From: Octopus vulgaris
Lineage: Eukaryota
Direction: 5' to 3'
NCBI GenBank assembly: GCA_951406725.2
Contig: OX597826.1
Location: 3,348,001 to 3,412,000, forward strand
Length of the DNA: 64,000 nucleotides
The translations under genes were made by a program, and so were the position numbers. Below are positions 55,964-64,000 of the stretch, piece by piece. The notes under the pieces are model-generated. The model made no database searches and had not been told where the DNA came from. It saw only the letters and a list, made by a program, of their open reading frames with translations. Position 1 is the stretch's first letter. Every line of letters starts with the position of its first letter.

Positions 55964-56333
55964 GGGATCTTTTCGGTTTGAACGGCAGTTTTTAACATAA
56001 TTTCTAGGTAACTAACAAATTTTAAACTTCGTATACTGGTAGAATGTGTTTATAAAACATCTTTTTCTCTTGGCTTTATTGAGAAAATTCTATAGTTTGT
56101 AAGATATTTGTTGTTTTTTTTCTTCAATTTCTGTAATTTCAACCAATCACTGACGTCCATTGAAGTGAAAAACATTCCGTGCCGTATGAATATATCCCTC
56201 GTTCTCTAACACTAACTAATCCTAACCCTAAAACAGATTGAAATGCAATAGATCGATACTAGGGTCATACTTATGGGTGACAATTTCATATGACACCGCT
56301 AGAAAAAACTGCTGTTTAAACCGAAAAGATCCC
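55964..56333. mobile_element. MITE with terminal inverted repeats of about 30 bp
   Basis: gggatcttttcggtttgaacggcagttttt / aaaaactgctgtttaaaccgaaaagatccc. Internal cctaaccctaa motif. TSD not resolved. Confidence 0.85.
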
Positions 56334-57895
56334 ATTTCGGGTTTGATTTGAACTCAAAACACAAATGAACATAAATAGTGACTAAAAGAAACCTGTTCAT
56401 AATTTTAGAGGTCCTACCATTTCTGGATAAAAAACAACAAAACGAAATATGAAAACTCAATGTTATTTCTTTGCAAACTTTTCTGAACAAAATATTAAAC
56501 TAATGATTTCTCACGGGATTCCTTTGGTTCAAACTTTAGTATCGATCATTTGTCTACGAGATAAACATACTGGAGAAAAAGAAAAGAAAGAAATCTTGCT
56601 ATTGTGAAAACAATATATTCATATTGGCACAAAGTCGTAAGAAATATGAAAGCATGCAGTCCATTAAATCAACTAAAATTCTATATGGTATTACAGTAAT
56701 AGAAAGATATTCGAAATATTTGTAATATTAATATCTGCAATAAAACAACTACTATAATATTAGTTTTTTTTATTAGCCAAAAAGCCTGGAGAACATAAAG
56801 AAACATAAAAAGAAACGTTAAACTGGTGGTTGGTTACTAACAAATGCAGGTTGCATCTGACGCAGAAGCGCAACAAAATCCTTATAAATTATATATAAAA
56901 GAACGAATTAGAAACTTACAACACAGAGAAATTTAGCCAGACATAAAATAAAGAAAGTAATATAAAACAATAATTAATGCAATTTACTTATAGATTAAGC
57001 CACCACATATATTATTCAAATTAGTCCATGCTCCTGACTATATTTCCTCTGCTTTTCTTCTGATACAGAAACCCACGCGCTTAGCTGCAGAATTCTTGTG
57101 ACATTGTGAGCAAGGTATTGTGAATGTCATGAAAGTATGCATCCACAAAATTTATAATTTTGGATATCATATTTTGTCCTTTATATGAGGATACCATATA
57201 CTTTGTAATTCGGTTGGCTATTACTATGTGTATTGTGCAAGATAATCAGTAGAGCTTTGTTATATTTGAGTATAGCAGCTAATGCCATTTTGTTTCATCT
57301 CGAAGGACATTACTTCTCATTCAAGAGATATATGTTTTTCCTCAGTGGAAAATTTTTCCGTTGCAACAAGTTATCATACATTATATACATTACAGCTTTT
57401 TGATTTTTTCATTTGTTTTTATTTACTTTGACCAAATCTTCTTAAACCATTTATACCCATTAGTTTCCCACCATCATAAGTGCATAGGATGATGGAAAAA
57501 TGATAGTATTCCTTAGTTTTGCTGATCTGGTGTCCATAGGTTGCACTACTCGTTTTTGCCATTCTGATGTTTGATAGGGTTTCTAAATGTGAAAAATGTA
57601 TTATATTTTACACTTTTTAGGGTTATTTCTTTTAATAAACCGAACGTGAAATATTCTAAGCCGATTCTCTCCGAGAGTGAATTGGAAGGAATCTATAATT
57701 TCATCCAAGAATAAAATAGAAACCTTGTTTTACTTTCATCAATTCCTGTATGGTTGCATTCCAGATTTAGGTAATCATCTCCATGCAACAGCTTCGGGTA
57801 AATATTAAATTTCATCTACTAAAATCTATTGCTTTTTCTTTTTGGTGGGGTGTAATTATTGTAAATAATTTTACATTCATCCAAAGTGAATAATG

Positions 57896-58001
<106 letters not shown>

Positions 58002-58058
58002 GTAATAATAATAATAAAAATAATAATAATAATAATAGTAATAATAATAATAATAACA

Positions 58059-58416
58059 ACAAGAGTAATCAGAGAGCGCAAACCTCCACCAGGACAACAG
58101 CAACGTCCTCTCAACGATTAGCCAGAGATGATTTTTGAAATGAGAATATCTTAAATAAACTCGACTGTTTTCACAAACTAGAATATTAAAAATGAAGCCG
58201 ACAACTCTCAGAAGTAAAAAACCGAAAAATAATCCAGAATCCTTGTCATATACTGGACCGATCCCAGTATCTAAGCAGTTCGTGCCCGTCACGAGGCCAA
58301 ACATCAATGAAAGTTTCATCCGAATCCATCCAGCGATTCTTGAGATATCATGTCTACGTACAAGCAAAGAAAACCCGACTGATAACAATACTTCCCACTT
58401 CGCGAAGGCGGAGTAA
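58059..58416 (+). mobile_element. Helentron-associated non-autonomous element (HINE/DINE-1-like), full length
   Basis: Starts acaagagtaatcagagagcgcaaacctccacc and ends cttcgcgaaggcggagtaa (sub-terminal inverted repeat plus short hairpin). Sits in (TAA)n. Confidence 0.7.
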
Positions 58417-58467
58417 TAATAATAGTAATAATATTAATAATAATAATAAATGCCCTTATGCAGTACA

Positions 58468-58607
58468 AGGCAAAGGCCGATACACCTTGGCACCATTGAC
58501 GTCGCAAGTCAGCTGAGGGAACACAACACGCAGCCCGGTCCAGGAATCGAACGCACAACCTCACGATCGTAAGCTCGAAGCTCTAACCACTGAGCCATGT
58601 GCCTTCA
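58468..58607 (-). mobile_element. SINE family C, internally deleted
   Basis: Reverse complement of the 5071 head and of gacgtcactggtgccaag..tatcg. Confidence 0.85.
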
Positions 58608-58642
58608 TGTATGTGCGTATATAAATTTATATATATATATAC

Positions 58643-59040
58643 TACGGACTTTATACAGTTTATGTCTACCAAATTCGCTCAAAAGTTCTTAGTTGGCCCG
58701 AGGATATATTAGAAGGCGGCGAGCTGGCAGAAACGTTAGCACGCCGGGCGAAATACTTAGCGGTATTTCGTCTGCCGCTACGTTCTGAGTTCAAATTCCG
58801 CCGAGGTCGACTTTGCCTTTCATCGTTTCGGAGTCGATAAATAAAGTACCAGTTAAGCACTGGAGTCGATGTAATCGACTTAATACCTTTGTCTGTTCTT
58901 GTTTGTCCCGTCAATGTTTAGCCCCTTGTGGGCAATAAAGAAATAAGAAGACTTTTGCCCAAGGTGCCACGCAGTGGGACTGAAGCCGGGACCATGTGGC
59001 TGGTAATCAAGCTACTTACCAGAGAGCCACTCCTGCGCCT
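58643..59040 (-). mobile_element. SINE family A, 5' half, interrupted by a family B SINE
   Basis: gtctaccaaattcgctc..ggcccgagg..agaag, then [B insertion], then agaagacttttgcccaaggtgccacgcagtgggactg..ccactcctgcgcc. Confidence 0.8.
58714..58945 (+). mobile_element. SINE family B, full length
   Basis: ggcggcgagctggcagaa head, gagttcaaattcc B box, gtcgactttgcctttcatc..gtcgataaa..gtacc core, aataaagaaat tail. agaag TSD-like repeat. Confidence 0.92.
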
Positions 59041-59994
59041 GCAAAAATAAATCGAAGTTCATTACTATAATAATGTTTACAATACTACTTATTAGTGTTA
59101 TAATTTTATCAATTGTAATATATCATTCGGGATGGAGGAAAGACAATTCGAAATCAAAACTTCAAGAAACGTCGGAATGTGATTTCCCACACACTTGCTC
59201 AATGTTATATACAATTCTTCATATACGAACATCTGCCAAACTACTGAAAAAATAATGATCATTAATGAGTAGCAGCTTATATTATTTTCATACCACTTCT
59301 GAATATCAAAATACAATTATAACCGCGTATGTGCACATTAATATGTGTGTGTATGAGTCTGCGTGTGTATGTTCGTGTGTGTGTGTGTGTGTGTGTGCAT
59401 GTCCGTATAAACTAAGAAACAAATATAAAAATTTAATATTGTGTATTAGTATTATATATACTTCGTTTATTTTCCAATACCATATTCACACGATATCAAT
59501 GGAAATTTCATAAATATAATACTCAATGCATAAATATGCATTTATGGTTTTATGTGTGTGTGTGTGTTTGCAATTATATAAATATGTATACATACATAGA
59601 GGCATATATATAATATATATATATGTATATCTATATATGTGTATATATACATATATATATATATATACATATATATACATACATGTATATATACATACAT
59701 ATATACATACCTACACATACACACATATATACATATATATATATATATATGAAACATTACGACAGCTGTAATGCTCATTAATAGACACAATGCGTCTGCA
59801 AGTTTTTAATATAGTCGATCATAGGCAAATATTTTAGTGATATTCTTTGACTATCAATCAATATGTGGGCATGTGCAAACGTATTAGTAATCCGTTGGTA
59901 ACGAATTCACGTTTTTCTGTATATTAAAATCTAGTGCATCATGTCTGTAAGCCACTTGTATGAGACAACATGAGACAGTGTGAAGTAGTATCTA

Positions 59995-60125
59995 TGGCAG
60001 TCCAAATCGGATGTGCAATCTACGTGGGTGTCTTTTCAAAACATTGTCTGGTTTAAAAAGCCACGTCAGATGCCATGATGGTTCTAAGGTGCAGGTACAG
60101 GGGGTGGTCAAACACTGCATAAGAA

Positions 60126-60126
<1 letters not shown>
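59995..60126 (+). mobile_element. 3'-terminal scrap of an RTE-like LINE (C-terminal C2H2-like motif)
   Basis: CNLRGCLFKTLSGLKSHVRCH followed by a short 3' region. Confidence 0.5.
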
Positions 60127-60160
<34 letters not shown>

Positions 60161-60198
60161 AATGTAATATATATAATATATATATATATGTATTCATA

Positions 60199-60242
<44 letters not shown>

Positions 60243-60270
60243 AAAGTATATATATATATGCAAATATATT

Positions 60271-60688
60271 GGCGTAGGAGTGGCTATGTGGTAAGTAGCT
60301 TGCTTACCAACAACATGATTCCCGTTTCAATCCCACTCGTGGCACCTTGGGCAAGTGTCTTCTACTATAGCCTCGGGCCGACCAAAGCCTTGTGAGTGGA
60401 TTACGTAGACGGAAACTGAAAGAAGCCCGTCGTATATATGTATATATATATATGTGTGAGTGTGTATGTCTGTGTGTATGTGTTTGTCCCCCCAACATCT
60501 CTTGGCAACCGATGCTGGTGTGTTTACGTCCCCGAAACTTAGCAGTTCGGCAAAAGAGACTGATAAAATAAGTACCAGGCTTACAAAGAATAAGTCCTGG
60601 GGTCGAATTGGTCGACTAAAGGCGGTGCTCCAGCATCGCCACAGTCAAAATGACTGAAACAAGTAAAAGAGTAAAGATAGTAAAAGAG
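60271..60688 (+). mobile_element. SINE family A, full length
   Basis: Aligns end-to-end to 51862-52285. Confidence 0.92.
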
Positions 60689-60759
60689 TATATATATATA
60701 TGTATATATACATACAAAATATATATATATGCAAATATTTATATATACATATACAAATA

Positions 60760-60832
<73 letters not shown>

Positions 60833-62177
60833 AATGTGTGCGTGTGTTTGAAAACTTGTGCTCCCGAGAATACGAATGCTCTTGTGAATTTGCGCTACGC
60901 GTTGATATGCCTAAATTTCTCCACTTCATCGTGATAATAAGTATGAGAAAAGAAGAGGAAATAGACTCACACACGCACGCACGCACACATACACTCACAA
61001 GCATAGATATGTGTATATTTGCCATTGTCAGTTCATGTGCGGCTATGCTTGTGGAGCATTTATGTGAGTGTGTGTGTGTGTGTGTGCGTTTGATGTGTGT
61101 ATGTGTGCATCTGTATATGAAAATTATGACAGTCGTCAGTGATACATGAATTGTATGTATCAGAGCTCATTGCTTGCAAAGTTAAAATGACTGTGAAATG
61201 ATATAACTCACAACACATGATCTGTCTCTTCGCATATTTCACTTGGCATTGATATGTCTTTTCTGCTGTCAATAAATTAATGTAAGTTTGATTCGTTTAC
61301 ACGACTATGAGAATCCATATTTCAGACTTTGAACAATTCGCAGGGAAAATTAATACAATCGTTAGGTTGTAGATGGGAAATTGAACATAAAAATATATCT
61401 CGAGGACTGATAAATGTGCTAATATTTAGAAATCTAAGATATCTTTTTATTTCTCACTTTCTCTGTCTCTGTCCTTCACTCGATACAGAGAACAATAGCG
61501 TACTTCATAGATCAGAAGTATATGTGGAGTGTAAGACATTACAAATTAGCTTTGTGATAATACATCAAAATTTAGTATTGCATACACAAGGCTAGAAATA
61601 GTCAGAAGATAAATTCAGGTCACTAATAAATATTCGAAAATATACGTTTCTCCCGGCTGGGCCCCGGTATCGTTCTTTTTTTTTTTTTACATTACCGTAA
61701 CTGACCCGTTCCATAATTAAGTCAGACAGAGTAGGCACTAGACTTGAAAATATGCATTAAGTTTGGTTTCTTTGGCATAAACACTTAATGGTGGCGTCCC
61801 AGTATAACTGCAGTCCAGTGTCTTAGACAAGAAAGGAAGATATTGGTGAATCGTCTACTTATGTTCTAGCTTTGCTCTATAAATAGACAGTTGAGGAAGA
61901 TGCTACGCTAGAATTATTAAAGGGACTACACACTTCATTACACATATTAATATCCATGCTTCTCCTTTGGATATCACGGGTGGCGGAGAGAGGAAACACA
62001 GGCATGTATGTCCGGGCGCTCCATACCCAACGTTTGGTTTTAGTTCATGAAATTTCCACATGCGTGCTCTAGAAGCCCTGTTAAACGGCTACTTCATGCA
62101 ACATGTGTTTGGAAACGACTTACCACCCTCTGATATAAAGATCCTTCATAAAGACTCTCTAGTTTGTTCAATACATT

Positions 62178-62302
62178 GATCTGTTGAAGAGCGTAGGCTC
62201 GAAACATAAAAGACTTCCTCACCTTCTCGAGCGTCAAACTAATACACCTGCTTGTTGTTCATACACACGTCTTCATGTTTTGTTTTTCTGTAAATTTCGA
62301 CT
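62178..62302 (+). mobile_element. Second copy of the Penelope-like fragment with CUGUUGA hammerhead-like fold
   Basis: ctgttgaagagcgtaggctcgaaa is identical to 12196-12219. Downstream cgtcaaactaatacacctgcttgttgtt is also shared. Confidence 0.6.
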
Positions 62303-62350
62303 ATGTATCTATCTACCTACCTACCTAGTTATGTATCTAAATATATATAT

Positions 62351-62530
62351 ATGGCTCAGTCGTTACACCGTCGGGCTCACACTCATGAGGTAGTGAGTTC
62401 GTCTCCCGGACCGGATTCTGTATTGTGTTCTTGAGTAAGACACTTTATTCCATGTTACTCCTGCTCATTCAGCTGTAGAAATGCGTTGGGACGTCAATGG
62501 TACCAAGCTGTATCGGCCTTTGCCTTTCTT
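62351..62530 (+). mobile_element. SINE family C, 5' half
   Basis: Aligns to 5076-5255. Confidence 0.85.
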
Positions 62531-62867
62531 TTTATTCAACATATTCCCCTTTCAGATTCCCACACTAATTCCAACGGTTCTTCAGCTTTTCTAAGACCCT
62601 AAAATGTATTTGCGGAAGGTTGGGTTTCTAACAAGGCCTCTTGCAATAACCTTAAATGCCACGAATTTTTCAGTACCCACATGTCTCTGTATATGCATAT
62701 ACGTAAAACATGCATACATATGTTCATATATACGTACATACATACATATACACTCACACACACAATCACCCACATCTATGTATGTATGTACGTACGTATG
62801 TGTCGATGCATGTATATATCTATACATACATACATACGTACATATAAATATATACATATATATATAT

Positions 62868-62995
62868 AAATTCTATAATTATGTGACTAATTATAGAATT
62901 TTGTATAAGTTTACCGATAATGGTTCTTTTAATATACCGAACAACTTGGTAAAATTATTAATTATTAATTGATTAATTAATTTTACACTTCATCA
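62868..62995. mobile_element. Fold-back element of the 8911-9150 family with collapsed hairpin
   Basis: aaattctataatt-atgtgact-aattatagaattt followed by the shared tail. Confidence 0.7.
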
Positions 62996-63150
<155 letters not shown>

Positions 63151-63158
63151 AATATAAA

Positions 63159-63201
<43 letters not shown>

Positions 63202-63235
63202 TTTATTTAAAGCAGCATGTATGTGTTTACCCCGG

Positions 63236-63267
<32 letters not shown>

Positions 63268-63300
63268 TACATACATGCATATATATATATATATATATAT

Positions 63301-63378
<78 letters not shown>

Positions 63379-64000
63379 GTATATATATGATCTCAATGTA
63401 AGCAAATTACTATGAAATATAGTATATCTGCTAAAGCAGCGCCCAAATTTCACTAGAACAGAAAATGGGCCGAGTTGTATAACGGGTTCTATGATGGTCC
63501 CTAAAGGATGTAATAATCAAAAATTTTTTTAAAAAATTTTAATAAATACATATATAAAAATTATGATCATTGATCTACCAACATCAATATCATTATCACT
63601 ATCGCCAACAACGACATCACATAGCACACTTTCTAGCGATACCTGTTTAAACTGAATAGTTTCATGGCGCCTTAGCGTCTTTAGATATACAATGGTGAGA
63701 TGTGAGATTCATTGTGTAGTATGTGATGTTTTCTTGAAGAGGTCCTTAGTGTCGCCATCTATAGTGTCTGTGTCTGTATCATTCCAATCCTATACTAGAA
63801 AAACCATATGATACAGTTGATTTTGAAACGAGTCTTAGTAGCATTTATATTGTCGCTATTAAAAGAACTCACTTATGTTGTTTTTATTTTTGACGATTTG
63901 TCATTGTTATTTTTTTGCTGCTGCTGCTGCTGCCTCTCTAGTAAGGTTGTTTTTGTTGTTGTTGTTGTGTTTTAGTGCCTAAATACCTGTCCTGAAGTAG

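Noticed and set aside
60011-60075. C2H2 zinc-finger gene exon
   Set aside because: A single degenerate motif with no TGEKP linkers. It fits a LINE C-terminal scrap better.

Overview
AT-rich, microsatellite-dense eukaryotic DNA. The SINE families and (TA)n/(CA)n/(TATG)n/(TAA)n load look like an octopus (coleoid cephalopod) genome; this is recognised from memory, not database-checked. I found no intact host protein-coding gene, and nearly all ORFs in the supplied track are microsatellite translations. Contents: (1) at least four tRNA-headed SINE families, with nesting, a TSD-flanked dimer and 3'-tail swapping; (2) LINE remnants, including a young 5'-truncated RTE copy with a perfect 12-bp TSD; (3) two mariner relics, a Merlin/ISXO2-like transposase relic inside Helitron-like termini, a Helitron RepHel relic, a head-to-tail Helitron tandem, Helentron-type HINEs, a MITE and a Gypsy integrase scrap; (4) several unrelated short Penelope-like elements, many folded back on themselves, with minimal hammerhead-ribozyme folds, some with non-canonical cores; (5) inferred relics of two convergent, heavily decayed GRL101/LGR-like receptor pseudogenes (LDLa-LRR-7TM), the minus-strand one apparently with extra C-type-lectin/PAN modules. 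All protein-family calls come from manual translation and motif recognition and need HMM/BLAST confirmation.
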